From the human T2T-CHM13v2.0 reference genome, Homo sapiens, in assembly GCF_009914755.1 (NCBI RefSeq), contig NC_060925.1: 64,000 bases of DNA; one strand, given 5' to 3'. Both the position numbers and the translations under genes were made by a program. Below are positions 18,806 through 37,428 of this stretch, piece by piece (the stretch's first letter is position 1; each line of letters begins with the position of its first letter). Below the pieces are notes generated by a model. That model did no database searches. It was not told the DNA's origin and saw only the letters and a list, made by a program, of their open reading frames with translations.

Positions 18806-19243
18806 TGATTCGCCCGCCTCAGCCTCCCAAAGTGCTGGTATTACAGGCGTGAGCCACTGCGCCTGGCCTAATTCCCTCATTTTCAAAGTGTTATAGTCTT
18901 TGGATAAGTATGCAAATAAGCCTAATTTTAAAAACAAACAACAACGAAACCCATTTTATTCCAAAGTTCTAGATCTCTGCCCATCTTACAGTTTGTATGC
19001 TGGGTATAACAGTAACCATATCTTCTATGGTCAATAATTAAGACAACTGGCTTAGAAATAGACCAAAATGTCTTAAAATCAGATATTTTCCCCAAGTCCA
19101 AGGAATACAATAATTACTTTTGTGTTTAAAACAATAAATATAATGCTTAAAATCATAATAGTGGTATATAAATCATTAAAGTGTCAGTTATAAATCCATT
19201 TGGTAAACAGAGATTTTAAAAAAATGTCTCTGATGACGCTTAC

Positions 19244-19348
19244 CTCTTCCCCTATAATTGTGAGTTTGGGGAATTTCCGGGCCAATGAAGAACATATGCT
19301 CATCTGTGCCAATCGGTCAGCTTTGGTCTGCAGGTCTGTTGCACAGGT
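19244..19348 (-). CDS. BPNT1: BPNT1 exon 3 ([13 protein letters not shown]...IIGEE)
   Basis: TACAG acceptor, GAG|GTAAGC donor, 105 nt, phase 0/0; QTKAD and GEE motifs of the inositol monophosphatase (FIG) superfamily. Confidence 0.97.
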
Positions 19349-19767
19349 CTGTAATAAAGAATGCAAATTTTAGCAGAGCTAATGAAAAATAAGTTGTCCT
19401 CTGATTCCTTGTGCATGAGTGCCTACATAATTTAGATTACACTGTCAGTTTTTAGAGTCATAGAACTTAACACCAAATGAGTTAACTGGTTTCTTGCCTT
19501 GGTTTTTCTCAAAGGATTAATAGTGGGTAAAGTTTGGAAAGGAGCTTTTAAATAATCCAGAACATTTTCTTCCCTAGTTTAGAAATTCCTTATCTCTAGA
19601 CATCAACCTTTTGCTTAAATAGGTTAAGAGATAGGAAATGTATAACTTTTCAAGGCAAAGTTAATAGTTATTAGAAAAGTGTTCCGTGGATCTTTCTATA
19701 ACTTCCACACTAATCCTAATCATAATAATTCAACAGGTCCTCAAGTTGATTCACAGGTACAGAGTAA

Positions 19768-20007
<240 letters not shown>

Positions 20008-20340
20008 TGATCCACCCGCCTTGACCTCCCAAAATGCTGAGATTACAGGCATGAGCCACCATGCCCGGCCTAAGAAATCCTGTTTCTAAAAATCTAAAAA
20101 ACACGAATATGAACTGCTGTAATATTTAACATATAGCTCACCTATGGCACCCTCACTCAATCAATATGTCAGATACTCATGCTAGTGAAAGAGAAAAGTT
20201 TTGCAAGTGACAACCACAACCTCCTTTGTTAGTTTGCTTTCAGAGCCTTATGATATGTTGCAATTTATATATGCCTGGTTAAGTAGATTTACAGATTATA
20301 TCATCTTAGTAGAATTTGTTTGTTTGTTTGTTTGTTTTGA

Positions 20341-20599
<259 letters not shown>

Positions 20600-21567
20600 T
20601 GAGCCAGTGCACCCAGCCTCATCTTAGTAGAATTTTAACAATACTTTGCAATGAGATAAGAAGTCATTATGAAAAGCAACTGTTTTATGCCTCACTGAGA
20701 TTTGCTGTATATCTCAATGCAAAGTACTATTCTGCTAGAATGTAAGCTCCACAAAAGGATTTTATTCCCTAAAGAACTGTGCCTAGCACACAGTAGGTGC
20801 TCTATAAGTATCTTTTGAATGAACCTACTCAAAAGAATTGTTGAGTTTGAAGATTAGTTAAATACCAATCAAGTTTGTAGACCACTGCGGTAGAGAAAAA
20901 AAAGACACATTGAAAGCCATTCCACTATGTGAGGAAATCAATTTTCTTTTCCTCGCTAAGATAAATATTTCCTATTCTATCAACATAGTTCCAGACATCA
21001 TCATTGGAACCTTGTGTGATAAACTGATTTTGCTGTTTTTTTAAAAATAAGGTATCAACGGAAGGATATAAAGTACTAGAAATGCCTGAGCACTACAGAA
21101 GACAATGAGAATGTTACCTTTTTTCCCGACTTAGCATTACATCTCTGTTCCTTTTTAGCTACCTGGGTTTCAAAATTGTATGTCTAATATAACCTCAACA
21201 TAAGATCAACTTAAAATAAGTGATGTTAAGGAAAAGGATCTGAAAGGAAATAATTCAAAATATTGGCAATGGTGGCATGATGGATGATTTTTGTTTATTT
21301 TGGCATTTTTCTCCATTTCCTACTTTTCATAATAAAAAAAACTTTATAAAAAATGAGATTAGGGGCTGGGCGCAGTGGCTCATGCCTGTAATCCGAGCAC
21401 TTTGGGAGGCCGAGGCAGGTAGATCACAAGGTCAGGAGTTCGAGACCAGCCTGACCAACATGGAGAAACCCTGCCTCTACTAAAAATACAAAATTAGCCC
21501 AGGCGTGGTGGCTCATGCCTGTAATCCCAGCATTTTGGGAGGCTGAGGTGGGCGGATGCCGAGGTCA

Positions 21568-21960
<393 letters not shown>

Positions 21961-21976
21961 TTAAAAAAAAAAATAA

Positions 21977-22010
<34 letters not shown>

Positions 22011-22677
22011 GTAGTAGCCCTCTGAAAGCAGCAGTATTATTTCGTTGGTTATTACCAAGCATGTCTGTAGTCAACTAAAATCTCTTTTTCAAACAAATTT
22101 GAATCAGATTTATCTTACATAACTTGAACATGAATACAGCGCTTTATATTATTCCTGTTATATCCTGTTGGATTTGGTCCACTTTTCTCAGAGGTTGCAA
22201 CTATTTTGAATACTTATTCTGTGATCAAATGCATGAACTAGCCCGCTCAGCTTTCTCTTATTGACAAATTTGATAAGCATGTTTTCTATATCATCTTCCA
22301 CTTCAGCTAACACATTCCATATTTTTTAAAACTGTATGTTATTTAATGATTAAAGAGAACAGTACAATGTCAGGAGCAGAGTCCTGTGATCAGCCAACAG
22401 TGATCCTTTTCCAGGATGAAAATGACTCATGAATTTAAATTTGTGGATAATGTTATTCATCCAGTTATGAATGCACCTAATCATGGCTCAGGATGGGAGA
22501 TGTTGTCTATATAACTAAAAATAACTTGAATATTTTCTTAAATAGAAAATGACAGACTATAAAAAATGTTTTGCTTAAATCAAGATACCCTCTATTTCCT
22601 CTATGAGCAGGCCCATAAATCTATCAAAAAAGGAAATGAGATTTATTTCATTTGTTCTTATGAATTTTTTTTTTTAA

Positions 22678-22806
<129 letters not shown>

Positions 22807-23579
22807 TAGGACTACAAGCATGTCCCACCATGTCAGATGGGGTCTTGCTATGTTGCCCAGGCTGATTTTTACATTAACTTTTTAAAAGCAATTACATTGA
22901 ATGTTTTACATTCAACTTTTGAACGTGAGTTCAAAAAGTGAACTCACGTCAACTTTTTTCTAAGTTGTTTTTTACTCATATATCTCATTTTTTCTTATGG
23001 TAACAACCCTAGATAGATATATCACTCATAAGTGAGTGACTTAACTCACTCTATTTTAAATCGTTAAAGTGCTAATGATAAATCATATCCTATTAATGTT
23101 CTCACTTGGAAGAAATTACAATACACTTTTCCTTAAAGGCTATAATAAAGAAAGATTTAGGCGAAGTGTAATGGCTCATACCTGTACTCACACCCATAAT
23201 CTCAGCACCTTGGGAGTCTAAGGTGGGTGGATCACTTGAAGCCAGGAGTTTGAGACCAGCCTGGGCAATATACTGAAACCCCATCTCCACAAAATAAAAA
23301 CATTAGCTAGGTGTCGTGGCGCTTGCCTGTAGTCCTAACTACTCAGGAGGCTAAGCCAAGAGGGTCCTTTGAGCCCAGAGCTTGAGGCTGCAACAAGCTA
23401 TCAGTAGGACTGTGCCACTGCACTCCAGCATTGGGCAACAATGTGAGTGAGACCTTGTCTCTTTAAAAAAAAAAAAAAAAAAAGATTATAATAAAGAATT
23501 TAAGGATTAAAAGTCAATATATGAAAACTTACGTGTAAAATTTGTAATGTGAAGTAATTACCAAATCCCAAGGAAGATT

Positions 23580-23885
23580 TATATATATATAATATATATA
23601 ACATATAATATATAATTAATAATAATTTATAATAACAAATATAACTATTAATTATATAGAATTATTATAATTATATATAAATAATAATTTATAATAATAA
23701 ATAATAATTATATATAATAATTATACTTATATATAAATAATAAATAATTTATAATAAATAATAATTTATAATAAATTTTATATAATATAATTATATATAA
23801 TTATATTACATTATATATATTATAATTATATATAAATATAATATATATTATATATGTATATAATAACACACATATATATATATAT
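23580..23885. repeat. About 300-bp AT-rich low-complexity tract (TA/TAA) extending an Alu tail
   Basis: Almost purely A/T; adjoins the minus-strand Alu 23885-24171. Confidence 0.9.
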
Positions 23886-23893
23886 TTTTTTGA

Positions 23894-23998
<105 letters not shown>

Positions 23999-24467
23999 TG
24001 AGTAGCTGTGAGTATAGGTGTGCACCACCATGCCCAGCTAATTTTTGTATTTTTAGTGGAGATGGGGTTTCATCATGTTGGTCAGACTGGTCTTGAACTC
24101 CTGACCTCGTGATCTGCCCGCCTTGGCCTCCCAAAGTGCTAGGATTAAGGCGTGAGCCACCGCACCCGGTCAGAAGATTGTGCTTTAAACTGGAACACAA
24201 ACATGGTGGTATTTCTTTTAAGAATTGACTATCACTATAAACTTTCTGATAATCTATTTAAGTTTGTAATTACTATACTGGGAAAAACACGCTTGCTTTG
24301 AGTTTCTTTTCCATGAGGAAGAAAAGAATGTATCACTTTGATTATAACAAATATTTATGTAAATGCCAGATTTTACCGAACATGTTGAGTTCACTAAGGA
24401 TTGCATGGCACTGCATGTAATAGATTACTCTAGGATTTGAAGCTCGGTTACAATGCCTTGGGGATAG

Positions 24468-24809
<342 letters not shown>

Positions 24810-25003
24810 TGAGCCACCACGCCCGGCCTTGGAATCATTTTCAAAGCAGAGATGGAACCCTTTAGAACCAAGCGTCTTGCAGTCTCCCTAAGGGAGCCAT
24901 CAATTATTTTAACTGATAAAGTCTGTCCACATTTTTATATCATTTAGCTAAACCTCAAGAACAAAAATCAAGTTGGTATGAAATGATATGAGAGTTTGAG
25001 TAC

Positions 25004-25123
25004 CTTCTCCACAATACCCAGGTCTCCTTCAGCAATAACACGTCTGACTATCATTCCTGCCTTTTGAGCAATAGAATATGCGGAGGCTACCAACCGCATC
25101 AACACAGTGTTACTGGAAGCCAT
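25004..25123 (-). CDS. BPNT1: BPNT1 first coding exon (exon 2; exon spans 25004-25131), [10 protein letters not shown]...GIVEK, 40 aa
   Basis: ATG at 25123-25121 in context GTACCATGG; acceptor TTTTTAG at 25132; donor AAG|GTACTC; translation matches the BPNT1 N-terminus as I recall it. Confidence 0.97.
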
Positions 25124-25629
25124 GGTACACTCTAAAAAGAGATCAAGAAAAATGTCTTGTTAGTTTCAAAGCCAACTACTGGTTTTATTTATTTAAATCC
25201 AACTCAACACATATTAATTGAGTGCTAACTTGGGATTGCTCCCATTAACTGAGTAAATTCTTTAATATATATTTACTAAAAGAGACTTCGAAAAAACTCG
25301 ATTTGGGCATTAACTCTCTCAATAAATTCTGTATTTTTTATGTCTCTCTGCAGATGAGACATGTCAAAGCATAGGAGAAACTGGCCCAGGATGCTGAGCA
25401 TGTGAAAAAGTTTGTGTATGAGGTCGTGGGTGATGTGTAAAGTATGTGGAAGGTGCTTTGTAGGCTAAAAATATGAGATGTAAGATTTGTGTTTGAGGAG
25501 CTAATATTTTGGTGAGTTGTAGATAAAATAAGGTAACCTAACGTCTATAACATAAAACTAGGCAGCGCCAAAAGAGGTATGAATAGTATAAGGGATGTAG
25601 GTGTGTAGGGTGTAATTAAAAAGGGAGGG

Positions 25630-26032
25630 TGTATTAGTCCATTTTCATACAGCTATAAAGAATGACCCAAGACTGGGTAATTTATTATTTCCAGTGGCAA
25701 GAACCGCAATTACTTCTGCACCAACCTAATATAAAGGAAAGAGGTTGAATTGACTCACAGTTCAGCATGGGTGGGGAGGCCTAAGGAAACTTAACAATCA
25801 TGGCAGAAGACAAAGGGGGAAGCAAGACACCTTCTTCACAAGGTGGCAGGAAGAAGAGCCAAGCGAAGCGGGAGAGTCCCTTAAAAACCATTAGATCTCA
25901 TGAGAACTTACTCACTATCACTGCCCCCATGATTCAGTTACCTCCACCTGGTCTCTCCCTTGACACATGGGGATTATGAGGATTACAATTTAAGATGAGA
26001 TTTGGGTGGGGAAACAAAGCCTCACCACATCA
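25630..26032 (-). mobile_element. THE1/MST (ERVL-MaLR) solo LTR containing a MADE1 fragment
   Basis: TGTATTAGTCC...CATCA termini; 5-bp TSD GAGGG at 25625 and 26033. Confidence 0.85.
25685..25730. mobile_element. Half MADE1 (Hsmar1-derived MITE)
   Basis: TGGCAAGAACCGCAATTACTTCTGCACCAACCTAATA matches the MADE1 terminal inverted repeat. Confidence 0.8.
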
Positions 26033-26185
26033 GAGGGATTGCATATAACTACAATTATTTTCTGAAAATCAATGAATATTCTCTGCTATTATTTACCTCC
26101 ATCTTCGTCAGTAGCCAGATAAAGAGAACAAGCAACCTAACAAATTATAATGAAGACCAGTCACTTGGAAAAGTAAGGAGTGTCA

Positions 26186-27267
<1,082 letters not shown>

Positions 27268-27340
27268 AAAACTTCCCACCTCTAAATCAAATCAACATTA
27301 TTTCATCGCAATAAGGGAACACATGATTGTTCCAAGGACA

Positions 27341-27817
<477 letters not shown>

Positions 27818-27854
27818 TGACTGAATATTTGATTTGATGTTTTAACCCCTTTAA

Positions 27855-28007
<153 letters not shown>

Positions 28008-28403
28008 TGACACCACGCCCAGCTAATTTTTGTATTGTTAGTAGAGACGGGGATTCACCATGTTGGCCAGGCTGGTCTTGTACTCCTGACCTCAGAAGAT
28101 CCACCTGCCCAGCCTCCTTTACATCTTGTTTCTATCATCCACACTCTATTGACAGGAATTATGAACCTAACTGGAACAATAAGTGAAGTGTTTGAAACTC
28201 TTCAAAAGGAAGATGGAATTGAAATTTATGGCCGGGCACAGTGGCTCACGCCTGTAATCCCAGCACTTTGGGAGGCCGAGGTGGGCAGATCACTAGGTCA
28301 GGAGTTCGAGACCAGCCAGACTAACATGGTGAAACCCCGTGTCTACTAAAAATACAAAAATTAGCCGGGCGTGGTGGCATGCACCTGTAATCCCAGCTAC
28401 TCA

Positions 28404-28631
<228 letters not shown>

Positions 28632-28905
28632 CTATCGCCCAGGCTGGCGCGATCTCGGCTCACTACAAACTCCGTCTCCCGGGTTCACACCATTATCCTG
28701 CTTCAGCCTCCCGAGTAGCTGGGACTACAGGCACCCGCCACTGCGCCCGGCTAATTTTTTGTAGTTTTAGTACAGATGGGGTTTCACCATGTTAGCCAGG
28801 ATGGTCTCGATCTAACCTCATGATCCACTCGCCTCGGCCTCGCAAAGTGCTGGGATTACAGGTGTGAGCCACCGCGCCCGGCCAATAAAACGGGTTTCTA
28901 AGTGC

Positions 28906-29188
28906 AGCTGACACTTGAACAACACGGCCTCGAACTGCACCGGTCCACTTTGTGGATTTTTTCCAACCAAATGCGGATAGAAAAGGTATGTAAAATCTGT
29001 AGACAGGAAAGCCTGACTTTTTAAAATATATTTTTATTTTAGTTTCAAGAGAGTTTGTGATCTGTTAAAACTGAGTTTTCATCTATGAGTGTTTTGCAGG
29101 GCCAACTGTGGGACTTGAGTATGTGCAGATTTAAGTATTCTCAGGGGTTCCTGGAATCAACCTCCCTCATATACGGAGGGATAACTAT
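28906..29188. mobile_element. Tigger2/MER8-like DNA transposon remnant
   Basis: CAGCTGACACTTGAACAACACGG...GAACTGC start and GGAGGGATAACT end resemble Tigger2 termini. Confidence 0.55.
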
Positions 29189-29417
29189 ATATAATGTGTT
29201 TGTTTTATGATATCATAATCAAGCTAGATTAATTTTCTTGGCATACTAGGAGTTACATGTGGAATAAACCAGTTACAATTACTACTAATTCAGGAGCACT
29301 TCAGATAGAAAACAGAGAAATAGGGCGGGGCGCAGTGGCTCACGCATGTAATCCCAGCACTATGGGAGGCCGAGGTGGGTGGATCACGAGGTCAGGAGAT
29401 CGAGACCATCCTGGCTA

Positions 29418-29603
<186 letters not shown>

Positions 29604-31849
29604 TCAAAAAAAAAAAGAAAAAGAAAAAGAAAAGGAAACAGAAATAATTTAGTAAACACTTTGTTGGTCTTATTTCTATTCCTTTATATCCATATCCAGA
29701 CATATATCTGATTTATTATGCACTGGAAATGTGGTCTTTGGGCAACTGATTTGTTCTACCCAGCTGTCTTGACCATATTTTAATTATGTGTTCGTATGCT
29801 CCTTCAATTCCCATGTTATATAAGAATTCTTTTGTAATAGGAAGATCACCTTCCCTCACTGTATGGTGTTGTTATAACTTTTCATAGATATCATTTACCT
29901 TTGAACCAGTTAAGCAACCATTTGACCCTTGTCAGGCTTCATAAATGACTCAACTACTTCCCCTTGTATTTGCCAAGTCCATGGTGTTTTCTTCCATGGA
30001 AAAACTTTCAGGCATTGTCTGTCTACTAATTTCCTCACAAAATGATATTATATTTATTAACCACCAGTTAAAGCTAACATCAGCTTATAAAACATAAGAA
30101 TGGGAAAAATAAGAAATAGAAGACAATAAAAATGGGAAAAATAGTGTTGATGTAAAGCACACAATGATTTATAAAGAGATTCCACAAATCACTTTTAATT
30201 GGCAGATAGGGAAATATTTTTACCATTCTTCTTTGAAGTACTTCTCTGGTCCAAACTGAATTAGTAATGAAATAGTACTATGCCCTAGCCTTAATCGTTT
30301 TCTTAACTATTTTTTAAACAGATGAATACAATGTTGGTTCTTGGTTAAAAAAAAAAAAAGAAAAAATACATAGTCATATTATCAAAACAAAAAATCTATA
30401 CAAGAGGTCCCTTTTAGCCTTTTTCATTATGCTCCCTCCTATACTACAGTGAGATTTACCTTTTGATGATACAGGTAGATTAAGAGCAAGGCCCAAACTA
30501 GCTACAGGCAAGTTAACTTTCTTAAAGCAGTTCAAATAACACCATTGTACTTCTTTCTCTACCAGTTTTACATCTTCTGGGCCTTAAAACACTCTTGTGA
30601 AGGTGTCTTTCTGAAAGCCTAATCTAAAACAGCACAGTGCTTAAGGGCACAGGCTCTGCAGCCCACTACCTGTGTTCAAATCCTGGCTCAGCTGTGGACC
30701 TTGAGAAAACCACTTAAATTCTCTGTGCCCCAATCTGTAAAATGGAGACAATAGTACTCATAGTATAGGGCTGCTGTAATTATTAAATGAGTAACACGTG
30801 TAAAGAAAGCGCTTTACCTGGCACAAGGTAAACACCAAATAATACTGGCTAACCATTATTATGATTGTCCTTATTTCGGTTATTTTGCAGGGACATTAGG
30901 GCAGTGTTAAGGGCAAAAAGTTCCTGTAGTTTCTCCAACAGTATTCTGACCTTGAGAATACAAAATGATAATCAACATGACCCTCAATCAGAGTATAGTT
31001 CAGGCTTTTCTTCATAACATTCTGAGCTTTAGGCTTGGAGAGTAGACAAGAAAAAAAGCTGTATAACACTTAAGGCCATCAACCTAATACCTATCCTTGA
31101 GAAGTCTTTACAACTGCCAAAGGGCTAGTTCAGAAGGATGGAAAAAAACAACAGGAATCAAACATTAGTTTCTTCTCATATAACGATTGTGACCATATGA
31201 GGATTAGGATCTAAAAATGATGAGTTCCAAGTCAAAATACTAAAATTATTTATATTTTGGAACTTGGCCTGATGATAATGTTCAAGGTCATCTGAAAAAA
31301 TTAAAATGTAAGCATAATGGAGCAAATTCTGGAAAAAGAACTATGAACAGAGGTACTCCCCTTATCAATTATCAAAATATGATAAAATATGATTTAATCA
31401 ACATATGATATAAAAGTTTGGCTAGTGAGACAAACTAAGGAAATAAATTGCAGAAATAGAACCGAACACACTAAAGGTAGTGTTTCAAATCATGGGGGAA
31501 ATTCAATTTTGCATAAATGGCAGGGCAGTCGCTAAACTTTTAAATACTTTTTCTTTTTTTTGATATGTAGTCTCGCTCTGTCGCCCAGGCTAAAGTGCGG
31601 TGGCCTGATATCGGCTCACTGCAACTTCCGCCCCCTAGAGTTCAAGCGATTCTCCTGCCTCATATGGCTGAGTAGCTGGAACTACAGGCACGCATCACCA
31701 CGCCTGGCTAATTTTTTTATATTTTTAGTAGAGATGGGGTTTCACCACATTGGCCAGGCTGGTCTCGAACACCTGACCTCAAGTGATCCACCCTCCTCGG
31801 CCTCCCAAGGTGCTGGGATTACAGGCATGAGCCACCATGCCTGGTCTGA

Positions 31850-32061
<212 letters not shown>

Positions 32062-32115
32062 TAGTCTTGAACTCCTGACCTTGTGATCCGCCTGCCTCCC
32101 AAAGTGCTGAGATTA

Positions 32116-32456
<341 letters not shown>

Positions 32457-33148
32457 TTATAAACTTCATAAGCTTGGTAAATGCCCTTTAAGCATAAAAC
32501 CAAGAATCCATAAAATATTCTATTGATAAATTTGACTCTATAAAACTAAGAGTTGCTGGGCGCGGTGGCCTGTAATCCCAGCACTTCGGGAGGCCAAGTC
32601 GGGCGGATGACGAGGTCAGGAGTTCAAGACCAGCCTGACCAACTTGGTGAAACCCTGTCTCTACTAAAAATACAAAAATTAGCCGGGCTTGGTGGCACGC
32701 GCCTGTAATCCCAGCTACTCAGGAGGCTGAGGCAGGAGAATTGCTTGAACCTGGGAGGTAGAAGTTGCAGTGAGCTGAGATCATTTGCACCATTGCACTC
32801 CAGCCTGGGTGACAGAGCGAGATTCCGTCTCAAAATCAATCAATCAATAAATAAAAATAAAATTAAAACTTCTACATGGCCAAAATACCATAAACTAAAT
32901 AAACAGGTACTTGACAAAATGAGAAAAAAATATTGTATCACATACCAGACAAATGACTTAATTTGTAAAAGATCAGTATATAAAAGCTGAATAATCCAAT
33001 AGAAAAATGAGCAAATAAACAAGAACGGGCAACACCTACAAAGAGAAAAGCACTGGCCATTAAATACATAAATACTCAGCTTCACTAATTATGAAAGAAA
33101 TGCAAACTAAAACAATGAGAAATGATTATTTTATTTTTAATTAATTAA

Positions 33149-33393
<245 letters not shown>

Positions 33394-33917
33394 TAAGCCT
33401 CCCAAAGTGCTAGGATTACAGGCGTGAGCCACCGCGCCGGGCCATGATTGTTTATTTTTAAGATTGGCATAGAAAAGAAAATTTGGCAGGGCACGGTGGC
33501 TCACACCTGTAATCCCAGCACTTTGGGAGGCCAAGGCAGGTGAATCACCTGAAGTTAGGAGTTCAAGACTAGCCTGGCCAACATGGTGAAACCCCATCTC
33601 TACTAAAAATACAAAAATTAACCAGGCATAGTAATACAAAAATTACTCAGGAGGCTGAGGCAGGAAAATTGCTTGAACATAGGAGGCAGAGGTTGTGGTG
33701 AGCCGAGATCGCGCCACTGCAGTCCAGCCTGGGCGACAGAGACTCCGACTCAAAAAAAAAAAAAAAAAAAAAAATTGTCGCTGAATGCAGTGGCTCACAC
33801 CCGTAATCCTAGAACTTTTTGGGAGGCCAAGGCTGGTGTATTGCTTGAGCTCAGGAGTTCGAGACCAGCCTGGGCAACATGGCAAAACCTCGTCTCTACA
33901 AAAAAATGCAAAAATTA

Positions 33918-34106
<189 letters not shown>

Positions 34107-34153
34107 TCACGCCTGTAATCCCAGCACTTTGGGAGGCCGAGACGGGCAGATCA

Positions 34154-34675
<522 letters not shown>

Positions 34676-34916
34676 TTAATTTTAGGTACCAAGCAGTTTC
34701 TAAATTTGGGTGCATCAACAAACTCAATGTCTAGGTTTGTCTTGTTTCTACAGTATATGGCTATAAAAACCTTCCGGATCACGAAAATAAAAGCACAGAT
34801 AAACAATTAAAATATCGACACTCAAGAGTCCAAGTCGGAAGTTAGAATATCTGGAGAAGCAATCTGATTCACATAAACCTTTTTCGTTTTATTTTTTTAA
34901 CATAAATCCTATCTAC

Positions 34917-35060
34917 CTGGCTCTTGCCCTGACCGGCCGGAGAGAAACGGTGACAAACCTGGAACAACGTTGGACCAAAGACACTTCAGGAGGAGCAAAA
35001 GCGCGTTATCGTAGACCCAGGTCCCTCGTTGTGTCCAGTACCGAGCTTTGGCACTGTCAA
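34917..35060 (-). other. BPNT1: BPNT1 non-coding first exon (TSS approximate)
   Basis: CCAG|GTAGAT donor at 34916-34911 within a locally CpG-enriched, repeat-free segment. Confidence 0.65.
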
Positions 35061-35280
35061 TAAGTCTTTTGAGAAGGATGGCATCCCTACCTCAGCTACT
35101 GAGCATGCGGGAAACTGCGCGCAAGCGCACAACAGCGATTTCACACTGCCTCTTTAGACTCCTGATCCGCGGGAAAATTCCACTTGTCCGTGTTTTCTCC
35201 AAGCTCTCCGTAGGTGCAAGTCACCTGTTGCATTAAATAAAAGCGAAAGATGTGTCAACTTTCAAAGATTGGCTAAAAAA
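35060..35280 (-). promoter_or_regulatory. BPNT1 promoter with an NRF1-like element (TGCGCGCAAGCGCA, about 35116-35129) and a CCAAT box (ATTGG about 35268)
   Basis: Motif similarity to the NRF1 consensus YGCGCAYGCGCR; CpG enrichment; no TATA box seen. Confidence 0.55.
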
Positions 35281-35558
35281 AGAAAAAGAAGAAGGAAAGA
35301 ACACATTAAGCCAGCAACAGTGTGTTGAAACAAAAAAAAGATTGGTTTTGGTTTCAGCTGTCTTCCAGCCCACTTCGTAGAGTTCACTGTTTTAAAATGT
35401 TCTTTGTATTAGTGATACCACTCTGCGGCTATTTAACTTCGAACCCCTAGCGGTCCGTGGACAGGCTTCAGCAGGTCCACCACACACACCTCCACCTCCC
35501 ACTCCCCACGCAATAACACAGCAACTTTATGCAGAATTGTGTCAAAGATGCTTGCTTA

Positions 35559-35592
<34 letters not shown>

Positions 35593-36182
35593 CGATAGAT
35601 AGCTTGCTCTGTCGCCCAGAGTCGATTACGGCTCACTGCTGCCTTCCCACTTCTAGGCTCAAGCCATCCTCCCGCCTCAGCCTTCCGTGTAGCTGGGACT
35701 ACTGGTGGAGGTGCGCGCCACCACACCCAGCTAATTAAAATATTTTTTGTGTACAGATGGGATCTTTTACTGGGGGGCGTGGTTGGGGAAGGGGGCAGTG
35801 TCTCATCCTGTCGCCCAGGCTGGAGTGCAGTGGCGCAGTCTAGGTTCACTACAACCTCCTCCTCCTGGGTTCAAGCGATCCTTCCTCCTTAGCCTCCCAA
35901 GTAGCTAGGACTACAGGCGCGCCACCACGCCGGGCTAATTTTGTTTGTTTTTTAAGTAGAGACGGGGTTTCATCATATTGGCCAGGCTGGTCTTGAACTC
36001 CTGACCCCAGGTGATCTGCTCACCTCGGCCTCCCAAAGTGCTGGGATTACAGGTGTGAGCCACTGCGCCCAGCTTAAAAAGGCTTTTACGTCTTCATTTG
36101 ATTTTCACAATAACTCTGTGAGTTAAGTAGACCCTTTTTGGGAAGTGGAAAAATATACATAACTTAAATTATATTACTTTAA

Positions 36183-36185
<3 letters not shown>

Positions 36186-36245
<60 letters not shown>

Positions 36246-36261
36246 TATATACATATATATA
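36186..36261. repeat. (TA)n(CA)n microsatellite between the two promoters
   Basis: Read directly. Confidence 0.9.
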
Positions 36262-36842
36262 TTTTTTGAGACGGCGTCTTACTCTGTCGCCCAGGCTGGA
36301 GTGCAATGGCTTGATCTCGGCTCACTGCAACCTCTGCCTCCCAGGGTTCAAGCTATTCTCCTGCTTCAGCCTCCTGAGTAACTGGGACTACAGGCGCACA
36401 CCACCCAGCCCAGCTAGTTTTTGCATTTTTTTTTTTTTTAGTAAAGACGGGGTTTCACCATGTTGGCCAGGCTGGTCTCGAACTCCTGACCTCATGATCC
36501 GCCCGCCTCGGCCTCCCAAAGTGCTGAGATTACAGGCATGAGCCACTGCACCTGGCCATACTTTGGTTTTTATAATTAAATTGTATAATTACATGACAAG
36601 TACAAATGGCTTAAATAAAGACAAACATAATGCAAGGTAAGCTCAACAAGTGAGAATAGAAATCTGCAGTCATCCTAAAGAGTAGCCATCTCCCAAGTGT
36701 TCATTGTATCCTCTCATAGGTTTTACGAGAAAACGGCATAGTTGAATTCAGCAAGTTATGTAGAGGTTGGTTAGGAGAGTTTCTATGTAAATATATCTTT
36801 GTGCTCCTGGAAGACTATAGCTGTGATAGATCCCAGATGTGA

Positions 36843-37043
<201 letters not shown>

Positions 37044-37194
37044 TAGTAGAGACGGGATTTCACCATGTTGGCCAGGTTGGCCAGGCTGGTCTCGAACTCC
37101 TGAACTCAGGTGATCCACTTGCCTCAGCCTCCCAAAGTGCTGTGGTTACAGGCGTGAGCCACCGCGCCCAGCTGAAGCGCATTTTAAATGGTGA

Positions 37195-37428
<234 letters not shown>

